From Podarcis cretensis (lineage: Eukaryota): a stretch of DNA of 64,000 nt. How positions within the stretch are numbered: the stretch's first letter is position 1; every line of letters starts with the position of its first letter. The notes under the pieces were generated by a model. The model saw only the letters and a list, made by a program, of their open reading frames with translations, was not told the DNA's origin and made no database searches. Made by a program: the position numbers and the translations under genes. Below are positions 38,734 to 48,176 of this stretch, one piece after another. The stretch covers positions 37,758,001 through 37,822,000 of the forward strand of contig OX638163.1 in the NCBI GenBank assembly GCA_951804945.1, in the 5' to 3' direction.

Positions 38734-38919
38734 TACCAAAAGCCATCCCAGCTTCTCTTTTAATCCCAGAGTGTCCCTATTTTCCCCACCAGTGCTGCTG
38801 CCACTGAGCTCAGGGAAGAAGATGAGCTGGTGCTTGCCCTGAGTGATGGCAGCTGCAGTGGAACATCTCATTGCCTTTCCATAGCCACCACGCTAGCAGC
38901 TTGCAACAGCTGCTGGAGA

Positions 38920-39281
38920 CAGCGGCGGAGGAATCCGCTCAGGTGCCTGGGGCGGCGCACCCAGGGGTGGAGTGACCCATCCATAGGGGTGGGGGAGGGC
39001 AGGGCAAGCTGCCCATAGGGGCAGGGCAAGGGCGGGGTGTACCTTGGGACCTCCGGAGTCTGCCTGTCTCCTCCTACTCAGCCACCCTACAGCTGGGGGG
39101 AGGCAGCGGTGGACCATTTGGGCAGCGCGGAGCCTGTGTGTGCTCAAGCCACTGTGTCTCTCCCAGGAGAAATGTGTGGCTCGGGCACGCTGCAGACCCC
39201 GCAGTGAGTACCGCCCAGCATTTTGTCACCCCCCCCCAGTGGTGACACCCAGGGCAGACTGCCCCCCTTCCTCCGCCCTTG
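38920..39281. mobile_element. GC-rich hAT-type MITE, 362 bp
   Basis: TIRs cagcggcggaggaa / ttcctccgcccttg; 8-bp TSD gctggaga / gctggaaa. Confidence 0.85.
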
Positions 39282-39580
39282 GCTGGAAAGTAGGCAAAGA
39301 GGAGAGGTTCTGGCCACTGAGGCCCTGCCCTGTGTGGTGCGATGTGCCAGCTCTGAAGGGGCAAGCAGAGGCCAGGGCCACCCTGGGCAAGAAGAAAGGA
39401 GGAGAGTGCAAGGAGTCTTGAATTTCTTATTTTTAAAAAAATGCTTTGTGTTTCCACATCTAATCTTGCCCCTTTCTTAAATTTATGTATTGGCATGTGT
39501 TTTTCTTTTACCAAAGAATAAAATGAAATCAGGATTGAGGATTTTATCAGGACTTGTGTCTTGTTGGTGCTCCATCTCAC

Positions 39581-39601
39581 CGCCTTCTGATAGAAAATGC
39601 T
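39581..39601 (-). other. Candidate 21-nt micro-exon of an unidentified host gene
   Basis: Minus strand: ccatttttctcccgtctcccactgcag|AGCATTTTCTATCAGAAGGCG|gtgaga. Frame-preserving, with no internal stop in any frame. Confidence 0.35.
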
Positions 39602-40190
39602 CTGCAGTGGGAGACGGGAGAAAAATGGCCAAGCGGGTTTTGTGTGAGAAATTTAGCTATTTTCATCTTGGGAATGTTGGTGGGTGTTGACACAATCCTA
39701 AATGTGGATTTGCTCTTAAGGTAGGTTGTTTCAGAAGTGATAGGGAGAAATTTTGACTTTATTGAGATCCTATCAAATCCGAACTTTCCAAAGTAATATG
39801 CAAACTGAAAACAGGGGCATGGGGAATGCCTAGGGGTTGTCCAGGTTGGCCCCCACAAAAGGCACAGTCCAGAGGGGGCCCACAAAAATCATGCCTGTGA
39901 GTGGCTAGAAACTTGCCACCTGTCTGTGTGCTCCTCAGGCCGCTCCTCTGTGACTCTGGGTGTCTGGGTGGAGGAATCCAGCCGCTGGCATGGGCTGCTG
40001 CACAAGCCCTATGGGGGCCCCTCCCCAGTTGGTCAGTGGCACTATTAGTGTGATTGGAGCCCCCAGTGCGGCTTAGAGGGAAGGAAGATGGAGAAAAAAG
40101 GTGAGAGTTGCAAGAGGAAGAAAGAAGGAAAGAAGGAGGCAGAAGGGAAGGTGGCAAGTGGGTGGAGGAAGGAAGGCAGACAGATGGACT

Positions 40191-40232
40191 GAAGGAGGAG
40201 GAGGAGGAAGAAGAGGAGGAGGAGGAGGAGGA
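40191..40232. repeat. (GAG/GAA)n purine microsatellite
   Basis: Direct run. Confidence 0.9.
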
Positions 40233-40394
40233 GAGCAGACCTGTTCCTGGTGGCAGTGGAGGAATTCACTGGTTCTTTTTTAGTTTCTGGTCCATGGTCT
40301 CTCCTGGCTTCAAGGGCATCCATACAGCACCATGCCAAGAAGACAAGGGAACTTAGGTAAGCCTCTGATGGAGGCAGCTGTCCATCAAATGCTG

Positions 40395-40675
40395 CCCTTC
40401 TCCAAATTTTACATGTATTAAAGGAAAGTGCATATAAAAATGTATATTTGTAGGGCAAAGCATGTAACATGCATCATATCAGGGAAAACTGCTTCGCAAA
40501 AATTCCTTATAAAAATGTGTGAATTAGGAGAACATTGCATTAAAATGCTGATCGATTTTCATGTGGATTTTATTTATTTTTTTAAACGGCAAACTGATGT
40601 GGAATTGTGGTGAACTGATCTGAAGACCGGAAAACTGAGAAACGGTTGGGGGGGAATAGATAGATGTGTCAATCC
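40395..40675 (+). mobile_element. Copy of abundant AT-rich repeat family (3' part)
   Basis: aaaagtgcatataaaaatg...aaactgatgtggaattgtgg, shared with 51600-51750. Confidence 0.6.
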
Positions 40676-40758
40676 ATTTAAGTGAGACAAATCAAAAGGT
40701 GCCTATATTCCTTGCTGATGAATAGCATGGGTTTCAGAGAGCATGGCAAGCTACGGTA

Positions 40759-41018
40759 CTGTATTTTTCGCTCTATAAGACGCACCAGGCCACAAAACGC
40801 ACCTCGTTTTTGGAGGAGGAAAACAAGAAAAATAATATTCTGAATCTCAGAAGCCAGAACAGCAAGAGGGATCGCTGTGCAGTGAAAGCAGCAATCTCTC
40901 TTGCTGTTCTGGCTTCTGGGATAGCTGCGCAGCCTGCATTCGCTCCATAAGACACACACACATTTCCCCTTACTTTTTAGGAGGGAAAAAGTAAGTCTTA
41001 TACAGCAAAAAAATACGG
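40759..41018. mobile_element. Tc1/mariner-superfamily MITE with CCG...CGG termini
   Basis: TA|c(t)gtatttttcgctctataagac ... gtcttatacagcaaaaaaatacgg|TA. Internal palindrome cagaagccagaacagcaagag / ctcttgctgttctggcttctg. Confidence 0.88.
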
Positions 41019-41155
41019 TAATTCCCTAGGGCAATGCATGTAGCCTGCTTTCCAATTTGGGGCTCAATTCAGTGCTTTGGAGTGACCCCAATCCTAGATC
41101 AGAGTCCTGAAACAATTCAGCGGTGGTCAGAGTTGGGGAAGGTAGGTAATATTCA

Positions 41156-41987
41156 TTTTTTAAAAAAAGATATTTATTAAAGTTTTTCATAACAAAACAA
41201 ATATCACAATTCAGAGGGAAAAAAGAAGAAAACAAATAAAAAGACAATCAAAAATATCACAACAAAAACAACAAAAAACAAAGAAAAGATTATTACTTGC
41301 TTACTATCTTTATAACCCTCTTTCCTGACTTCCTCACATCTCCCTTTTCTGTGTTCCCCTTTACACAATCTATTTCAGCAATTTCCTACCCTCTTTCCAA
41401 TCTTGTACCCTATTAATATATTTCAACCTATTATGCCTTTGGTTTCCTTTCCTTTCCTATTAAGCCATTTATCACATATTCTTTATAACTTAATCCCTTA
41501 TATCATTTGTTTAGTCACGACATAATAATACTCTGGTCTTACCCCTTTTTTCCAAATCATTTTTACATATTTCTTTTTACCAAATCACTAATGCCATATT
41601 ATCTTTATATCCAACATCATTTTAACATTCAAACATTTTACAATGTTTTTGGAGGTATTCTTTGAACTTCTTCCAGTCCTCTTCCACCGACTCTTCTCCC
41701 TGATCTCGGATTCTGCCAGTCATTTCTGCCAATTCCATATAGTCTATCACTTGCATCTGCCATTCTTCCAAGGTGGGCAAATCCTGTATCTTCCAATACT
41801 TTGCAATAAGTATTCTTGCTGCAGTTGTTGCGTACATAAAGAATGTTCTATCTTTCTTTGGCACCAATTGGCCGACAATGCCCAAAAGGAAGGCCTCTGG
41901 TTTCTTAGGGAAGGTATATTTAAATACCTTTTTTAGTTCATTATATATCATTTCCCAGAAAGCCTTAACCTTTGGGCAAGTCCACCA
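41156..41987 (-). mobile_element. L1-clade LINE, 5'-truncated, young
   Basis: ORF2 C-terminus WWTCPKVKAFWEMIYNEL...AARILIAKYWK...PTLEEW; 3' UTR with AATAAA and a short A tail; 17-bp TSD aaggtaggtaatattca at 41139-41155 and 41988-42004. Confidence 0.92.
41622..41987 (-). pseudogene. L1 ORF2 C-terminal fragment (after the CCHC zinc knuckle), open reading frame
   Basis: ORF-track entry 41622..41951, extended upstream to WWTCPKVKAFW, a motif typical of L1-clade ORF2. Confidence 0.85.
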
Positions 41988-42295
41988 AAGGTAGGTAATA
42001 TTCAGCCCGATTCAACTATGGATATGAGATTCAATCAGATCCGGTGAACTGCCCAACATTCCTGTTGCAGAGTGAAAACAGGATAATGGTATGTGAAGAC
42101 CAAAAAAAGACTAGTAAAAGTATCCAAAGTCTCTGAGTATGAATGACATTTCTGTTTCCACCCCAAATAACTGGGTAGGCCTTTTCCATCCTCAGCTTTT
42201 GTGTGCTTAGCACAAAGGTCCAAAAGAGCTCCTAAACATGAAAAGGTTGAGCAGAGAGGTTGCACTCAGCAGCAGTTTTACAAGAACAGTGTTTG

Positions 42296-42323
42296 GTGTG
42301 TGTGTGTGTGTGTGTGTGTGTGT
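42296..42323. repeat. (GT)n microsatellite
   Basis: Direct run. Confidence 0.95.
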
Positions 42324-45300
42324 ACCATAGCACTCACTCCCTACCATCACAGCCCAAATCCTGAAGAGAGTCTCTGATAGGTGTCATCTGCATTTTTAGG
42401 AAAGACCCTCTTCAGATCGTATAAATCTTTCGCCTATTAAACCACATTTCTAATGCCAAGTGTCATTTGGCCCTGAGTCTTCCTGAAAGGAGGTAGAGTT
42501 CCAAGTCCCGGACCAAGCATCTCTTGCCAGAAGCTCCACTAGGAAGGAACCTCTCTAAGCTGTCCTGAGTCTATTCAAGAGGATACTTATTTGAATAAAG
42601 ATACTTAGCCAGATGAAAATCTGCGGTTGCACAAACCTTGTTTACATGACAAATCAGATTCCTCCGATGCTTTGCAAACAAAACCATCAATTTAGTTTTG
42701 CAGAATAGTCAGAATGCCATTAATTAGCAAAAGAGCTGATGAAGCACAAAACATAGATCTCTCCACAATGTGAAGATGACAGTAAGCTGATCTTGCAGGT
42801 TTGCTGTGTTTTTAATTGTCGGCTGGTGGCAGGTTGGGCCAATATTGCTGCAGACGATACACATTGTGCAGAAGGCATTTGTTCTATTAATATATTAAGA
42901 TGAAACTTGCCGGGAGAGGTGAGTATAACTATGGTGCAACTGGTACTGCAGACAAGCTGTTGCAAATCTCATTGGCTTGCTGTTCCTTTTGGGTAACCTT
43001 GGCAGAAGGTGTTAGACGGCTAGGAATTGATCAAGCAAATCCCATGCTGGGTGAATACCATTCTCTCCTGGTGTTGTACTTTCAAAAATCCACAGGTTTT
43101 TTTTTGCTGACTTGCTGCTGTGAAAAGCCTGCTATAATTTGGTGGCAAGCATTCAGATAATACCTTATTATGCAGTAGTTTGGAGTGTTTCATAAGTAAG
43201 CTGCTAAGCACAAAATAACAGGTAGCAGCTAAGCCAATAATGCAGGGCCACTCTAAGACATACGCTCAAACTGACCCTTTTCCCCAGGAGCTGCCCTTGT
43301 TTTCTGATACCTTCCCATGGAAGATTGCTGTCCCAGTGGTACCTTTTTAAAGTTTTGCTGGAGCGAGAGATACTAAAGTCTTCATTCTTCAAAGTTTAGG
43401 TTCCTCCTCTGAGTTCTTAGAAATTTATGTTGCAAGCCTATATGCCCTTACAAAACAGGATTGAATTAGGCAAGCATAGGATTGTGTAGGTTAAGTGTTT
43501 AATAGATGCATATGGGCTAGTAGCCATATTCTATTCTGATTCAGTTGTGTCCATTAATTTCAGTTGTTCTACTCTGAGCAGAATTAGTTTTGGATGCATG
43601 CAAATGCATGCTAAAAGATGATGCAGTACATTGCTGCCATTGCACAGAGTGCAGCTGTCAGAGGTGGGGAAACATTTTTCAGCCCCAAGAGCCACACCCT
43701 CTGCTCAACAACCATCTGGGGCTCATGTGTCAGAGGTGGGTGGTGTTAGCTATGTTGTATTTATCTGTCTGAAACAGAGGTGAGGAACATTTTCCAGGGA
43801 CACATGAGAAATCATAGGTGAACAACTAAAAGCTGTTAAAACAATTAAATCACAATTTCAGTTTCAATGTTTGCTAAACAGGTGTTGTCTGCAGATGGTG
43901 GAGGAATGCCAACACTAAAGCAGCCCCCTGTATTCCAACATCAAAGGCATTCCTCAACACAGGTGCCCTCAGTGAAAAAACTCACCTCTATGTTACAAGA
44001 AGCCAATCATCATCAGGCTGGGGCAAAACTGAGTTTCATTAGCAAAGAGGAAGTTCCAGCAAGGGCAGGAAACCTGCAGTCTTCCAGATGTTGTTGGACT
44101 CCAACTCCCAATAAACTCTGGACAGCACGGTAATAGGGGTAATGGGAGTTGAAGTCTAACACCTCTACCCTGGTTTAGAGCCCTGACCTCCAAAGTGGAA
44201 AGCACCCAGGGATGCTGTCGCTTCCACACATGTAAATATTATAGGAATGGCAGTAACTCTTTATTAAAATGCAAGGAAGGGATAATGGCCTTGCTCACAT
44301 TCAGTCCATGTACAAATGGATTTGATGGATTGTATCATTATTCCTGGAAGGTACCTTAAAAAGTGACATTTAAGAAGCACTGGATTAGCTTTTATAGCAT
44401 GGAAATGTCATTTGCAAAGGCACTATGTTTTATATGATGGACATGACTGTGTCTTTCAAGAAGATGCTGTCCAGGCATTGATGTGGGTTGCAAAATGCCG
44501 CCAGGTTTTCCTGAATACTTGTAGCCCTTCAGTTGTTGATTGTGTTGCATTTGCTGAGTCAACTGCTGACTGTGACGCATTGGGGTGTCATATCACTAGC
44601 GTTTTCAATAGGAGGGGCATCTTACCCATAGATGTTAGTGGCGCGGGGCATTAGATTTTGGAGGGTGCAACAGGCTGAGTGTCCAGAGAGGAGAGTCAGG
44701 GTGTTCCCTCCCACCGGGGCTGCCTGGGTGCCTGGCGGGTGCAATCGGGGGTGGGCGTTAAAGTTGTTGGGCTTTCTTTCTTTGGGAACATCTCCCCCAA
44801 AAAGAATTAGTTTTGGGGCTTTTCTTTGATTCTCTTTGATTTTTATTTTGCAGATTCAGCAAAAATCTGCCCGGACACAATTTTCTTCAAGGCTAGCTTC
44901 TCTTAATATACAGATTTTTAATTGCAATTTCCACTAATATAATGAAAGACCTCCCATTTTGAATTATGGAATTTTCAGTTCTGAGGGCCCTCAGGGATTC
45001 AGTATGGCTATATGAAGGGCCAAGGTGAGCCTTCCCTTCAGTGTAGGGTTGCCATATTCCAAAAAGTAAAAATCCGGGCAGAGGTCTTCTGAAGCAACCT
45101 TAACTGCACACACTTTGATTCCCATTTTGAATTCCTGCTCAGGTGCTAAGCAACAGTTTCTGTTTTTGTACAATTTGTTTGTTTGGTGGTGTTGTGGTGG
45201 CATCTGAGGAAAGCTTTATTTCCTAGATCTCAAAGATCGTTTTAGCAGGGGTGCAGAACAGATGGCACAACTGTTGCTGAATTCCCATCATACCTTTCTA

Positions 45301-45345
45301 TTGGCCATGCTGGTTTAGCAGTTGAGAGTCCAAAGTAATTTAAAG

Positions 45346-45615
45346 CAGCGGTTCCCCATTTTTTTCAGGCCATCTCTCCCTTTGCTCCATCATCTCATCC
45401 CAAGTGCCCCCTACCTTATAGAAAGCAACATTCTGAATAGCGGTGTCCATGATCCACTGTTTGCATATTTATTCAAAATTCATTTAAAACTAGTTTAATT
45501 AATTCCACAAAATTGATTACCTGGATCAATTGATACTATCTTTTCAAAAGACTGATAGCCAATTACACCTCTAGCATCTCCCAGGAGGAGGTACTGCCCA
45601 TGTTGGAAACCGGTG
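45346..45615. mobile_element. hAT-Charlie-type MITE, old
   Basis: TIRs cagcggttcccca / ttggaaaccggtg; flanks atttaaag / atctagag (NTCTAGAN-like 8-bp TSD). Confidence 0.65.
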
Positions 45616-46776
45616 ATCTAGAGGGCAGAGTTTTCCATTCTCAAGTTTCATGATGCAATCCTATCTACTCCAAACATAAACCCCAGTGTTTTTCATTCTT
45701 CTTATTCCCTACTCCAAGTAAGTGTGTATAGGGCTGGAGGAATAGAACTACATAAGAAAGGGAGTATACAACAACACAACAAGCTTATACCATAGTAAAT
45801 TAATGCTGCTAGTATTTTTAATCTATTCTATTAGCGTTCTTCTTGTTGTTTATTATTTTATTGGGTAAATTCCCCCCTGCTGCCGCCACCCCTCACTCCC
45901 CATCCCCGGTGAGCCGTTCTGGAAACATTTAAGTTGAAGGGTGTTACATAAATTCATTTTTAAATAAATTCATTTCCTTATGTCTCACTTATATTTGGAA
46001 AGATTTATGAACACATTTTTTCCTTGGCTCAGAGGGAAATTGATGATGGTAAATATGTAGCATCCTTTTTTCTTTGTTTAAATAAGCAACCATCAGGATT
46101 TGCCAATACAGAATCCATTTGAGTGCAAACAACCCTTTTCTCTCTGTGTGTTGTGTGTGAGTGCATGTGCGTGCACACTAAAAGTAAGTAACATTGATTC
46201 AGGCTTATTTTAATACCACGACAGGGATGGGAGAGGGGAAAGTCCATTTCAGGTGCCCATTCTATTGAAACTTGTGTGATTCAGTGCAAATAGAAACTTG
46301 CTTTATTGATTCGACATGTACTATCCGGTGGCAGATTCATTGCCAAGGTATTCAATACACAATGTTTTTAATTTGACATTTGCCTCTTGGAAGCACAGAA
46401 AAAGCACCGTTAACTGATTTGCACATTTCCAGACTAGACCTTCTGTGTACTGTTGCAAATGTAAGGTTGAAGTGGGGAAAGTAGGAAGAGAAAATGACTG
46501 GCTTTTGCACTGACTTTCAAACACAGCTATGGATTCTTAAGTTCTGTTAAAAAGAGAGAGGAAATTTACCATCCCTGTAAGATCTTGCCTGGCATGATTG
46601 CTAGGCTGACTATGTATCCTTCTTTATAGACAACTGTTCTTTATCTGAAGAAGTCCTCTGTTCAATGGACAATTCTGTCTGAGGCTGGATTGAAGACTTG
46701 GAAAGGAAGAATAAGGAAGTGTTTGGTGCTAGCCATAAAATGTTAGCACCTAGTCAGCAGATTGAGCAATCACAGT

Positions 46777-47157
46777 GCACCTGGCCACAGACTTCCCCAA
46801 CTCTGTGTTACAAAAATGGGCAAAAATATGACATGAAGGCTGGCAACATCAACCCCACAGTGTGGGCAATCCCTTGCAGATGACCACAGCGCAGAGACAG
46901 ACAGGTCATGATGGCAGTGACCAGAGGAGGAATAACTGCTCAGATGAGTGCAGAGAGAAGAAATGCCATGGTGCATCTGCAGCACCACAACCAGATACCT
47001 TCATCTACCCCAGTTGCAACAAAAAATATGTCTCTCCTATATCGGACTCTGAAGCCCCAACTGGCGCTGTAAGTTTACAACAGTTTTGTTTGTTTTTCAA
47101 GCTTACAACTGTTTGACTCCTCCCTTGTCTCCAGAGACAGACAAATGCCAACAACAA
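46777..47157 (+). mobile_element. RTE-clade LINE 3' fragment, degenerate
   Basis: Decayed translation PTL.YK...K.DMKAGNINP.VW..LADD...EKK.HGASAAPQPDTFI.PSCNK resembles the RTE ORF C-terminus; (CAA)n tail. Confidence 0.75.
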
Positions 47158-47418
47158 GTGGTTCAGTGATCACTAGTTGCAATTCCAGCAGCCAGGAATG
47201 CCCATTACCAGTTGCAATTATCAGGAGTGAGCACATTTGGGCACCTGCTCTGTCTCATGCCCTAGCAAGAGAGTACCCCTAGACTTGCTCCTTTTCTTCT
47301 TCATTGCTACTTGCTTGCTAACCTGCCCTCTTAGGAGAGGTGAGCAAATAATGAATGGCAGAGGTGAAAAAGAGGAGTTGCATTTTTCCTGCAAGTCTGT
47401 GCCATGCCTTATTCCAAG

Positions 47419-48176
47419 TTGCGTGTCGAGACCCTGCAGCCACCCCCTTGTTGGAAATAACTCACACAAGGACACAGATATTAGGTTTATGTTATTGGGC
47501 AAATTTTGGCCACAACTTTATTGAAATTACAGAATGTGAGTGGTATTGGCTTAGGCATTGATTGGACCTGACTATATCTAACTCCTGCCCATTGTGCAGG
47601 AAGTCCAGTAAGGGTAAGCCACTGGTAGGGAGAGCCCTGTCGATGTGAACCAACTCAAGCTCCCCCTGGTGTTCCTGTCGGGGTCATGTCAAGGCCTTAG
47701 TCCCCAGCCGGGCTTCACACTAGATCAACACTCCCGGATTCCTTAAGCATGGAGGGGCAGGTGATGGCCACACCTCCCCTCCCTCACACAAGGTCAAACA
47801 ATGCCTAACTGCAACCCTAACAAAGTTGTGATGATTGCTACAAGGTAGGTGAAAACCAAATGGCCAGTGCCAATTTGCCAAGTGGAAAAATTCCTACCAG
47901 GCCCCTCAGACAACCAAGGCGACCAGCCAAAGTCCATAGCAAGTCCTAACCTGCAAAATAGGGATGGAAGGCGGGTGATTGAGGAAGCGAGCCAAAGAGG
48001 AAGTCCTCTGGCTCACTCCTCTGTTTGAACAGCCCCAGCCACGCCCCCGCCCCCCGGGCAGTGGATTGGCTGGCCGGGCTCTGACGTGGCTGGGTTCTCC
48101 CAGGCAACGGGGGACAAAGTCCCCCGCCCCTGGTGGGGAGTGGGTGGCCATGCGGTCCACCACAACCCCTCCCCAC
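47419..48176 (-). mobile_element. Terminal-repeat remnant of a putative Ngaro/DIRS-type (tyrosine recombinase) retrotransposon
   Basis: Sharp GC-rich block. The minus strand has CCAAT and GC boxes near 48030-48070, then aataaagttgtggcc near the 3' end and terminus gggtctcgacacgcaa. No TG..CA termini and no TSD. Family call is from recognition of the end architecture only. Confidence 0.5.

Noticed and set aside
38830-39580. Cluster of overlapping ORFs up to 168 aa
   Set aside because: Explained by the stop-poor GC-rich hAT MITE; no protein motifs.
40045-40470. Poly-Glu, poly-Leu and poly-Gly ORFs
   Set aside because: Translations of a (GAG)n microsatellite.
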